DNA from: a virus
IMG/VR virus record: IMGVR_UViG_3300028178_000001
Location: 1 to 64,000 of that record
Reading direction: 5' to 3' (one strand)
DNA length: 64,000 nt
The position numbers and the translations under genes were made by a program. A model generated the notes under the pieces. The model was not told the DNA's origin and made no database searches. It saw only the letters and a program-made list of their open reading frames with translations. Shown one piece after another: positions 1 through 9,018 of this stretch; within the stretch, counting starts at the first letter, position 1, and every line of letters begins with the position of its first letter.

Positions 1-320
1 AAGAGAAGAAGTAAAAAGATGGAAGAAATCGGGGAAGCCGGACAGATCAAGTCTTTTTGAAGAAGACATGAAGATACCCGAAGCATACCGCAACGAACCA
101 CAACGGCAAACGAGTGAAGCGAACAAAGAACTTATTGCACGAGTTGAAGGACTTGAAACGCTAAATAGAACAATTGATGTTCTTATTAACCGGTTCGATT
201 CTTTAGGCGATGAGATAAGATTAGCTTCACTTAACCAGAGGAACATTAAGGTAAAAGTAGAGAGCAATGACGATGAAGTTTATAGCCAACAGTCAAACTT
301 CTTAGACAGCAGGGCGTAAG

Positions 321-2018
321 ATGATAGAACTGAAGCAGCCAAAAGAAAGAAAGGTTATTCCGGAGGTTACTGTATATTTAACCGCAGAAAGTGTAAAGAG
401 CAGTAAAGACTTGCATTTAATGGATGGGAACGGAGTGTTTGACGCAAGCCGGTACACTTATTCTATCAGTACCTACAATGATCTTGACGGAGTATTAGCC
501 ACAGCAAAGATAACCTTTACTTCAGCAATTGCACCGGCGGGGTTAAACATTGGCCATTCGCAGTTTTTTAGTTTAATGAAAATAAAACTTGCCGTTGGTT
601 CCATAATAACTGTTAAGATTGACGGAAGAAGCAGCAAACCGGATTTTCTTGGGATGATTGATCATCTTTACGAAGGTAAAACGGCGGACAGCAGCAGTGT
701 TGGGAGAACGGTAAATATTAATTGCAGTTTACTCTTGCCGAAAATGTTGGTTAAAGATAGTTTGCCAAATTCTCCCGTGTTAAGTATGGATAAAACTTTA
801 GGTGAGGTATTGGGAGAGGAAAGAATAAAATTTTTTCAATACCTAAGAGGAGCGCAGTTAAAAGATTTTCCGTTTGCGGGTTTGCCTATTGACGGGATAA
901 AGTATGTGTTAAAGCAAACTCCGGGCACAAATATTATTAACAGCTCGTTAAAGAACACCGTAGCGGGAATAATTGATAATGAGACTAAGGATAGTGACGG
1001 AGTGCCTATTTTTAATTTTAAGATGCTAAAAACCGAGTGGTTGTTTGATCCCTCCCTTTCTGTTTTCTTTGGCACTGTTTATGAGTACCTACGCAAATTC
1101 TTGGATAGTTACTTTTATGAAATGTTTTTTGATACCGTAGTTGGAGAAAAAGGGGAAGTTTACAATTCAATGACGATTAGGACAAAACCTTATACTTACG
1201 AGCACACGGACATGAAACCGGAAAGCAACTGGCAGTATTGGGAGGATGTTGACACAATAAGATTCAACTCAAAATATAGAACCAGGGAAGAGTTGGGAAC
1301 AAATGATTTTGACATACGGAACTTCATTCATACCACTTATACGCAGGCTTTAATAGCAAACCCGGAATCGACAATAGGTGTTTTTGGCGTTATGTATCCT
1401 ATCTTAAATTTAGAGAGCATACAAAAATATGGGCTTAGGGAACTTGGCGTAACCTCCACAAACATGAATGTAAGGGCAATGACCGATGAAAAGAAAAAGG
1501 CAATAGAAGATGGGAAGAAAGTAACGCTAACGGGCGAAGATATAAATTGGCTACTCGAAAAGCGGGATAAGGTATTTTATTGGAACATCTGTAATGAAAT
1601 TTTAGAGAGCGGAAGAATAACCGCATTAGGGAACAGCGAGTATAGGATAGGGAGAAAATTATTTTACGAGGATAAGGAATACTATTATCCTTACGATGAT
1701 ATTTCAAACGGAGATGGAACGTCGCAACAGAAATTTACCGGAGTGGAATATTATATCAAGAGCGTAAATCATAACTGGACGTATGGAGCGGAATGGTTGA
1801 CAAATTTAGGGTTAACGCGCGGACAAGCGCCGGGCATAATTGAAAAACATATAAGAGCATTGGAAAAGAAGACGATGAAAACCGGACAAAAAGTTATTTA
1901 CAAAATTAATAAACTTAATCAAGCCACAACACCAACTCCACTTGAGACAGCGGAGGAGAGAGAAAGAACAGCTAATGATCTTAGTAAATTTCTTGAGAAA
2001 ATATGGATGTTTGACTGA
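321..2018 (+). CDS. Putative baseplate hub / tail protein
   Basis: 565 aa; lies upstream of spike-like and baseplate genes; C-terminal 'YYIKSVNHNWTYG..W.T.LGLTRG' resembles the end of hub proteins. Confidence 0.55.
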   Translation: MIELKQPKERKVIPEVTVYLTAESVKSSKDLHLMDGNGVFDASRYTYSISTYNDLDGVLATAKITFTSAIAPAGLNIGHSQFFSLMKIKLAVGSIITVKIDGRSSKPDFLGMIDHLYEGKTADSSSVGRTVNINCSLLLPKMLVKDSLPNSPVLSMDKTLGEVLGEERIKFFQYLRGAQLKDFPFAGLPIDGIKYVLKQTPGTNIINSSLKNTVAGIIDNETKDSDGVPIFNFKMLKTEWLFDPSLSVFFGTVYEYLRKFLDSYFYEMFFDTVVGEKGEVYNSMTIRTKPYTYEHTDMKPESNWQYWEDVDTIRFNSKYRTREELGTNDFDIRNFIHTTYTQALIANPESTIGVFGVMYPILNLESIQKYGLRELGVTSTNMNVRAMTDEKKKAIEDGKKVTLTGEDINWLLEKRDKVFYWNICNEILESGRITALGNSEYRIGRKLFYEDKEYYYPYDDISNGDGTSQQKFTGVEYYIKSVNHNWTYGAEWLTNLGLTRGQAPGIIEKHIRALEKKTMKTGQKVIYKINKLNQATTPTPLETAEERERTANDLSKFLEKIWMFD

Positions 2019-2869
2019 TGAAAAAGAGAGATAATGTAGCTGCGGCGGGAAAAGTTTTCTTTACCGGGAAATTGGTGTTTGACCGAAAGCAGAAGAACAC
2101 CTTTTTCCGGGATATGAACGGAGTTTACCACGATCTACTGAAGGTTAGTTTTTCAACGAATGAATTTAACGGAGAGGACGGAAATTTAATCCTCCCGAAG
2201 CCGGAAATACTAAAAGCGGATGGAAGCATTGAGGAAAGCGGCGATGTATTGCTTTACAGTTACATCAATGGGAATGAGAACGATATAATAATTATTTCAT
2301 CAATCTACAATATCAAATTAAGCCATGTAGATAAACAGCTACGAATGGGAACGGACGACATTGATGCAATAAGGAAAAGAATTGGAGTAAGGAACAACAA
2401 AAAACGTTATTTGGTGATAAACGATGACGGTGCCGGTAATTATTATTTTTATCTGAAGGGAAAGGACAAAAACGGAAATGTCGGGGTAAAAATAACCGGG
2501 GATGGGGAGGAGAACGGAAATTTTAAGTTAGAGTTGAATGGAAAATGTTTACTTAAACAGGTTGACGCGAACGGGGCATTGATCAGTAAAATATTTTTAG
2601 ATAATACTAAGGGGAATGAGAAAACAGTTATCGAAGATAAGTTTATAAATAAAATTGAGTTGAACAAGGAAGGGGTAATACTTGAAACAGCTACCCTAAG
2701 ACTAGGGAAAGATGAAACAGTGGCAAAAATTATGAAAGATTTAATAACCGAGATAAGGGCTATGAGCCAGGGCACCGCAACAGGTGGACCAACTATTAGT
2801 CCGCCGTTTAACGATACAAAGTTTGCGGCTATAGTAAGTAGAATTAGTAAATTTATGGAGAAGCAATGA
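2018..2869 (+). CDS. Putative baseplate spike (gpV-like)
   Basis: Beta-rich body and C-terminal 'TATGGPTISPPFN' resembling spike apex; follows hub-like gene. Confidence 0.5.
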   Translation: MKKRDNVAAAGKVFFTGKLVFDRKQKNTFFRDMNGVYHDLLKVSFSTNEFNGEDGNLILPKPEILKADGSIEESGDVLLYSYINGNENDIIIISSIYNIKLSHVDKQLRMGTDDIDAIRKRIGVRNNKKRYLVINDDGAGNYYFYLKGKDKNGNVGVKITGDGEENGNFKLELNGKCLLKQVDANGALISKIFLDNTKGNEKTVIEDKFINKIELNKEGVILETATLRLGKDETVAKIMKDLITEIRAMSQGTATGGPTISPPFNDTKFAAIVSRISKFMEKQ

Positions 2870-3108
2870 GTTTAGCAACAGGTACTTTAGAAACTGCAAT
2901 TAAAGCTGCTTTTAAAAAGCAACAAAAAGAACAAGATCCAGATAAAGCCGCCGCTGGAATAGCGGGGGATTTATCACTCGCATTTGAAGCTTTTGTAAAA
3001 AGCGGGAAAGTAAAGTTCGCAACGGGCAAAGTCACAGGGACCTCTCCCCCAGGGACTTCTGGAGGCCCAATAACAGCGGGTTCAGCCATAGACGGAGAAA
3101 TTGAGTAA
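2866..3108 (+). CDS. Small baseplate-associated protein
   Basis: 80 aa, ATGA-coupled to spike gene, Gly/Thr-rich C-terminus. Confidence 0.45.
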   Translation: MSLATGTLETAIKAAFKKQQKEQDPDKAAAGIAGDLSLAFEAFVKSGKVKFATGKVTGTSPPGTSGGPITAGSAIDGEIE

Positions 3109-3190
3109 AAATTTAAAATTCAAGCCTAAGATTTTAGAGAAAAAGATTATTTAACGGATGTATTAAACAAAGTATTTGCCCTAAGTATTA

Positions 3191-3952
3191 TTGCCGATGA
3201 AACTCTACTATAACATACCACAAATGCCTTATATCGTTTTTGAACTTTTAAAGATCAAAATAGATGATTATGTAGACGAGAACTACACCGCCGAGAGCAT
3301 TAATACTCTTTATCTTCAAACTTTCCCCGAGCAATATGATTTTAGGTTAAGAGGCAGAGATGCCATGACGCAAACGGACAGCGAAGTGTTTATTAATAAA
3401 TATGACTATACACCGGAGCGAATAAGTTTTAACGGAACATTCGGAGTTGCGAACCGCGGAATGGTGAGCGGATATAACCGATTAAAACAATTTGAGAAAG
3501 AAATTATCAGACGAAGTAAAACCGCAAGTTTACCAAATGGAGACGGGGAACGATTTATTTATGTTGTGAACTTTTACGGCTTTGAGTTCGGCAAGTTCGG
3601 CAACATAAATGTTTCTACGTGGAATACCCGCGGTAATGCAAGAGAGAATTCAGATCTTATAAAATATTCTTTTGAGTTTGATATCATAGGAAAGCTTGTA
3701 AAAACCAATTCAAAAGACCCTTTGTTAATATCTTTGAATGGGGTTTTTGGAGAAGACGGGCTTATTGCCGATGCCTTGGATTACGTTAATAACAACGCGT
3801 TAATACAAAACGTTTACCAGGGAATGGAATCGATTAAACAAATAGCAAGTTTGCCAATGCAGGGGTTAAGTTTTGTTTCGGATACCATCATAAACGCAGT
3901 TAAGGATGTGGGTAAATTTGTTACTACGGCGCCAACCGGGGGGATATTCTAG
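3191..3952 (+). CDS. Putative tail/baseplate structural protein
   Basis: 253 aa in baseplate cluster; 'PERISFNGTFG' resembles tube-initiator-type proteins. Confidence 0.4.
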   Translation: MPMKLYYNIPQMPYIVFELLKIKIDDYVDENYTAESINTLYLQTFPEQYDFRLRGRDAMTQTDSEVFINKYDYTPERISFNGTFGVANRGMVSGYNRLKQFEKEIIRRSKTASLPNGDGERFIYVVNFYGFEFGKFGNINVSTWNTRGNARENSDLIKYSFEFDIIGKLVKTNSKDPLLISLNGVFGEDGLIADALDYVNNNALIQNVYQGMESIKQIASLPMQGLSFVSDTIINAVKDVGKFVTTAPTGGIF

Positions 3953-4749
3953 TGACGACTTACAATAAATATAAAAGCGATCTTGAAACATCTTTGCGGA
4001 TAGTAACATATTTGATGGGAAGCGTTGAAGCAAACGCAACAGATGAATTTGACACTATAAATTATAGTGAGATACTATTCAACTTAAATTTGTTACAGCA
4101 ACGTATAAAGTTGTTATTGGGCGCAAGCAAGTTTTTGAAAGTGAGCGAAGAGCAATTCTCTCAAATGTTTGAGGGAAAAGTTAATAGATTGGTTGAAGTT
4201 ACTCACACGGTCACCGGGTATGATACTTTGATGAGTATTGCTAAAAAATACAACACTACCGAAGAAAAGATATTACAGAAGAATAATATTTTAAGCGGAC
4301 AAATGGAAGCCGGGGTGCAGTTGACGGTTGAAATTGAATCGAGCAAAGGTTTAAATAAGATTTACAATGAAATAGCAACTTACGGCAGCCAGCTCGGGAT
4401 GAATGTTTTGGGAACTGATTTACCAAATGAACTTGTAGAGGACGGCATTGGAGATCTGAAAATATTAACAAACGAAGAAACCGTTAGCCAGGGAGTGCAG
4501 AACAGAATTTATACAAAGGCCGGAGATTATCCGTTGGAGCCAAGTTTTGGGATAGGGCAATTAGCGGGAAGTGAAATAATACCAGCGGATTTGGCAAATG
4601 GAATGTTAATGCTAAAAGTAGTTGATCAGCTGGAAAATGATTTGAGGATAAGCGAAGTTGAAAGCGTAGAAATTGAGTGGGGCGGGGATGCTATGATAAT
4701 AACCGCAGCAGTAAAAACAATTAATAATAAAATATTAGAGATAAAATAA
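3952..4749 (+). CDS. LysM domain fused to gp25/gpW-like baseplate wedge protein
   Basis: LysM motif 'HTVTGYDTLMSIAKKYNTTEEKILQKNN'; C-terminal 'T..GDYPLEPSFG...LENDLRISEVESV' typical of gp25-like proteins. Confidence 0.7.
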   Translation: MTTYNKYKSDLETSLRIVTYLMGSVEANATDEFDTINYSEILFNLNLLQQRIKLLLGASKFLKVSEEQFSQMFEGKVNRLVEVTHTVTGYDTLMSIAKKYNTTEEKILQKNNILSGQMEAGVQLTVEIESSKGLNKIYNEIATYGSQLGMNVLGTDLPNELVEDGIGDLKILTNEETVSQGVQNRIYTKAGDYPLEPSFGIGQLAGSEIIPADLANGMLMLKVVDQLENDLRISEVESVEIEWGGDAMIITAAVKTINNKILEIK

Positions 4750-4800
4750 CGTTGAATAGTTAATATATAAAAGTAGAAATATAATAACGGAGATTAAAAA

Positions 4801-6450
4801 ATGTCAAAAATAAGTGAATACCCGGAATTAGTAACCCCAACGGATGATGATCTTTTGGTTACGGTAAACGCCGGGGTTACGAAAAAAATAAAACGGGCAA
4901 ACTTTTTAGGGAAGACTTTGAATTACATAGGGATTGCCGGGACCGCCGGATTTGGTGTTGGTATTTGTCCGAATACTTTGCCCGCCGGGATGCTTCCTCT
5001 TACCGGTTATGATGTGATTGGTAACGATCAATATGGTAACTACCAATACAGCGATGGTAGCATAATGGTTTGGGTACCGAAATTTTATTACAAAGTGTTG
5101 CATGACGGCTCTACAAACATTAACAAAGTACTTATTGCTTCCGTTTATGACTATCAAGACGAGACAGCGGCCAATACCGCCGGATATGCCTTACACCGCG
5201 CTTTTATTGATGGCGGAGTAATTAAAGACGGCTTCTTTATTGATAAATATAAATGGAGCTTAACTGCTTTTGTTAATGGTAGCGCGGGCATAGCCTCGTC
5301 TATCAAGAACGGTAATCCAATAACAAGTTCAAGTGAGGCGAATAGAGATGCGAGCAATTTGTATGCAGGTTCTTTCGCTGATTGCATTTCCAATTCCCAA
5401 ACCCCGGCTGAAAATTACGGTGGCGCGTGGGCAGCTGCAAAGAGTAGAGGCGCTAACTTTGCTGTTTGGTCAATGTTCATTCATTCTGCAATTGCATTAC
5501 TAAGCCTTGCGCATGGGCAAGCGGCAACCAGCACAACAAATTGCGCTTGGTATTTAACTAACAAAAATTACCCGAAAGGCCATAACAACTACGGCGCTGA
5601 TATTGATGATGCAACTTGCACATTTGCCGTGTGCGATGATGGATATTGGGCGGCACGTAACGAAGCGCGTAAAAATGGAAGCGGAACTCTTTTTGCTAAA
5701 ACAACCCACAACGGGCAAAATTGCGGCGTTGCGGACTTGCAGGGAGATCAATACCAAATAGCGCAAGGGTTGACGGCAATTGTATCAACACTAAATGTTA
5801 GCGGAACAGCAGATGTTGGCGGGACAGCGATAGAAGTTACTACGGATGCAGCGCATGGATTAACTACAAATAATTGGGTTATGCTAACAAGTGTTGGTGG
5901 GACAACAATATTGAACAGTAAAGTTTGGAAAGTAACGGTAACAGCAGCCGATAAATTTACAGTAGTATCCGGAGGTTTTGTTGCATGGACAAGTGCCGGG
6001 ACGGTTACGAAAGGGAAATTCTATGCACTTAAAGAAAGTGTAGCGATAAAAAATGTAACGGGATCAAATGCCGGAGCAACAGACCATTTTGGGGCAACTG
6101 GTGTTGCTGCATTAATGGAAGAGATCGTTCCTAATTTTGCAAATGGCGGAGGTTTTGATCAAAGATTCGGTAATAGTACAAACCAAGTTTTGCCATTTAA
6201 TACATCTCGTACAAATAACAGTTACAAGTTAGGCGCATTAGGTTTGCCAGACGTAAGCGGTATGAGCACGGGCGGGTCTAATTTATTTGGTTTGGATTAT
6301 TTTTACCAATATTTAAGAGACGAACTGTGCCCGATTCTCGGCGGCTATTGGGATGATTCAACGATTGCCGGAGTGTGGATTGTCGCTTTGAGTTACTATC
6401 GAGCTTATTCGGCTGGTTATGTTTCGGGCCGTGCGTGCCTTTATGTTTAG
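4801..6450 (+). CDS. Tail-fibre/receptor-binding protein with C-terminal C-type-lectin (Mtd/FGE-like) fold; DGR target
   Basis: Fibre-like N-terminus 'KISEYPELVTPTDDDLL'; 'HRAFIDGG', 'GVADLQG' and terminal 'GGYWDDSTIAGVW...SGRAC' match DGR CLec targets; avd lies immediately downstream. Confidence 0.8.
   Translation: MSKISEYPELVTPTDDDLLVTVNAGVTKKIKRANFLGKTLNYIGIAGTAGFGVGICPNTLPAGMLPLTGYDVIGNDQYGNYQYSDGSIMVWVPKFYYKVLHDGSTNINKVLIASVYDYQDETAANTAGYALHRAFIDGGVIKDGFFIDKYKWSLTAFVNGSAGIASSIKNGNPITSSSEANRDASNLYAGSFADCISNSQTPAENYGGAWAAAKSRGANFAVWSMFIHSAIALLSLAHGQAATSTTNCAWYLTNKNYPKGHNNYGADIDDATCTFAVCDDGYWAARNEARKNGSGTLFAKTTHNGQNCGVADLQGDQYQIAQGLTAIVSTLNVSGTADVGGTAIEVTTDAAHGLTTNNWVMLTSVGGTTILNSKVWKVTVTAADKFTVVSGGFVAWTSAGTVTKGKFYALKESVAIKNVTGSNAGATDHFGATGVAALMEEIVPNFANGGGFDQRFGNSTNQVLPFNTSRTNNSYKLGALGLPDVSGMSTGGSNLFGLDYFYQYLRDELCPILGGYWDDSTIAGVWIVALSYYRAYSAGYVSGRACLYV
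6322..6450 (+). other. DGR variable region (VR)
   Basis: Conserved scaffold codons interspersed with codons all ending in T/C (tat gat gat att att gct agt tac tat gct tat gct ggt tat), as expected from adenine mutagenesis of AAY template codons. Confidence 0.7.
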
Positions 6451-6497
6451 ATGCTTTAGCGAACGGTAGTGAGCGATAATTAAGAAGAACCAAGGAA

Positions 6498-6854
6498 ATG
6501 GCAGAATATCATTTAATAGTAAAAAAGATTAGAGACATGATTGTTTACAACAACATCATGCTGAAGCAATTTCCGAAACATGAAAAATATTTATTAGCAA
6601 ATAAAATAAGGGAGACCGGATATGACATATTTGAATCCGCCATAACAATCAACAAAAAGTTTCATAAGAAAACCACGTTTTCTGATTTGAACATAAAACA
6701 CGAATTGCTAAGGCAATTTGTAAATCTTGCGGCAGAACTAAAATACATAGATCTGCAAAAGCATAGGGTATCTCAAACACACATAGACGAAGTTGGCAAG
6801 ATGATAGGAGCATGGATAAAGAAAGAACTTGGAGACGATGAACAGAAGGGTTGA
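6498..6854 (+). CDS. avd: DGR accessory variability determinant (four-helix bundle)
   Basis: 118 aa; 'FPKHEKYLLA..IR', 'L..L...HELLRQFV', 'EVGKMIGAWIK' are bAvd-family signatures; adjacent to VR. Confidence 0.85.
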   Translation: MAEYHLIVKKIRDMIVYNNIMLKQFPKHEKYLLANKIRETGYDIFESAITINKKFHKKTTFSDLNIKHELLRQFVNLAAELKYIDLQKHRVSQTHIDEVGKMIGAWIKKELGDDEQKG

Positions 6855-6881
6855 TTAAAAACAAGAAAAAAGGAGAATATC

Positions 6882-7286
6882 ATGCGATATTTCAAAGCTA
6901 AAAAAGTAGTTACAGAATTTACAACGCTAAGTTTTGGCAGCACAAACCAAGATGATAAGGTCATCCATTACGATGAAATAGACGGATTTGAATATTTGGG
7001 AGTAGAAAGCGTTGATGTTGATGGTTTATCGGTCCAGCAACCAGCAGAAATTGAAGCGGTTGAAATAACCTTTGCAGAGGCAAAACCGATACTTGATAAC
7101 TGTCGGATGATGAATGATCTGAACGCAATTATCGAAAAGAAAATAGCGGAAAAATATTCTTTACCAAAAGAGATTAAGATGTTAAAACTCACAAAAACCG
7201 ATCCTGAGCGAGTTACTTATCAACAATATGTTGATAGCTGCAAAACGGGAGTTAATTTACTTAAAGTTGCAAATGGATTGATTTAA
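6882..7286 (+). CDS. Hypothetical protein, possible tail-fibre chaperone
   Basis: 134 aa with AAGGAG RBS, between avd and baseplate J. Confidence 0.4.
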   Translation: MRYFKAKKVVTEFTTLSFGSTNQDDKVIHYDEIDGFEYLGVESVDVDGLSVQQPAEIEAVEITFAEAKPILDNCRMMNDLNAIIEKKIAEKYSLPKEIKMLKLTKTDPERVTYQQYVDSCKTGVNLLKVANGLI

Positions 7287-8434
7287 TGAAAACCCCAAAT
7301 GAGATCTTAAAAGATTTAAGTGCTGATTTTATTGCAGGGCAAAGTAAGGTAACTTTCTTAGGACTAGAATCGGTTGCGCGGGGAATATTATCCGCTGTAA
7401 AGAATGTTTTATTTGAGTTGTGGAACGATTTGTTCCAACAAAAGCGGAAAATGTTTCTTGATACTTCCCAAGGAAGTGATCTTGTTGCTTTGGGGGCAAA
7501 GTTGGGATTAACTATAAACGGTGCATCAAAGAGTAGTAATATTCTATTATTTAACGGACCAACGGGCACCGTTATTGTCTCCGGCACCGCCGTAAAAAGC
7601 ATTATAAGCGGTGAACAAGTTGTTACTACAGAAGAAATTATTCTTGGGAAAAGTAATTTGTTGGTTGGAGATGTAATTTCAAATAGTATCGGGAATGCAG
7701 TTCTTGCCGAGAGCAGCAACACCGGCAAAAACACAAAAGTTGGTGTAAATGAATTAACTCAATTAGTTGTACCAATATCCGGAGTTACAGTAACAAATTT
7801 AGTCCCTTCAGTTGGGGGAGAAGATGCTGAAAGCGATGAAGTATTTAGAGAAAGAATAAAAAATTATATAAAAGTGCTTAATCAAGGCACGAAGGGTTTT
7901 TATTCGGCTTTGGCAAAAACGGCGGAAAGCAGCATTAATAAAGTTTTGGTAAAATCAGATCCGGTGAATATGGGAGTAAAATTATATTTACTTAAAAACT
8001 CATTTGCGCAATATACAAATACAGAATTGCTTGCGATTGCAGCAAGTGTTTATGATAATCAACGCGCCTGCAGTAATGTAAAATGTTTGAACGTATCTAT
8101 AAAATCAATCAGCGTTGTATTTGATTATGAGGGAGATGGGACAACAAGCCAAGACACGGCATTTAGTTTAGCCGCTTCCGGGATAGCAAATTACATTGAA
8201 TCGAAAGTGGATTTTGCAGCGACAATCATTTACAACGATATTCTAAACATTATTTTAGATACAACCGGAATAAAGAAATTGGATTTAAGATCATTACTTG
8301 TAAATAATTATCAAGCAGATATTTTATGCACGGAAATTGAAGTGCCAAGATTCACTTATTTTAAAATTACCGATACAACCACTGCTTTGGTTACAATAAA
8401 AGACTTAAACCAAAAACTGATATTGGCACAATGA
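7286..8434 (+). CDS. Baseplate J/gp47-like protein
   Basis: 'FLDTSQGSDLVALG', 'GGEDAESDEVFRERI' signature. Confidence 0.85.
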   Translation: MKTPNEILKDLSADFIAGQSKVTFLGLESVARGILSAVKNVLFELWNDLFQQKRKMFLDTSQGSDLVALGAKLGLTINGASKSSNILLFNGPTGTVIVSGTAVKSIISGEQVVTTEEIILGKSNLLVGDVISNSIGNAVLAESSNTGKNTKVGVNELTQLVVPISGVTVTNLVPSVGGEDAESDEVFRERIKNYIKVLNQGTKGFYSALAKTAESSINKVLVKSDPVNMGVKLYLLKNSFAQYTNTELLAIAASVYDNQRACSNVKCLNVSIKSISVVFDYEGDGTTSQDTAFSLAASGIANYIESKVDFAATIIYNDILNIILDTTGIKKLDLRSLLVNNYQADILCTEIEVPRFTYFKITDTTTALVTIKDLNQKLILAQ

Positions 8435-9018
8435 CAATAGAACGACTAAAAGATAAAGTCATAAAGTTTACTCCAACGTTTGTGAAGATAAACGAAATAT
8501 TGACAGGGTTGTATGTGTCTATTGCAACATCGGTTAGTTATGTCTTAACAGAAATTGAAGGTTTGCCAAACGCAGATTGGACCGGGAAAGGGTTGATAAA
8601 GAATTGTGAAGAAAGTGGAATTATTAACACAAAACGAAGCGAAGCAAGTCTTAAAACTGATTTAGCAAATAGATTTCCGATTAATCTAAAACGCGGTACT
8701 GAAGATGGAATTATAGATGATGTAAGTAAACTGTTAAATGTTAATAATGCGGTTGATCTTGATATACAGTTTTACAAATTCGACGAAAGCGGGATAATTG
8801 TTGGCAGCACTATTGTTTCAAATGCAAATTCAATTGTAGGGAGCAATAAAATAATTGTTGCCGAATACATCCCCAAAATATTAGATGAAACCGCAAGCCC
8901 TATTTTGGATGAAGACGCAGGGATGATGGGGCAGGAGGATAAAGAAATATTTAATTTTTACAGAAATGAAATTGAAGAACTAATACCCATTGACACAGAA
9001 TTAATTTTGGTAGACTAA
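8431..9018 (+). CDS. Baseplate wedge protein (gpI-like)
   Basis: Follows J; 'KRGTEDGI' resembles the KGT motif of gpI-like proteins. Confidence 0.55.
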   Translation: MTIERLKDKVIKFTPTFVKINEILTGLYVSIATSVSYVLTEIEGLPNADWTGKGLIKNCEESGIINTKRSEASLKTDLANRFPINLKRGTEDGIIDDVSKLLNVNNAVDLDIQFYKFDESGIIVGSTIVSNANSIVGSNKIIVAEYIPKILDETASPILDEDAGMMGQEDKEIFNFYRNEIEELIPIDTELILVD

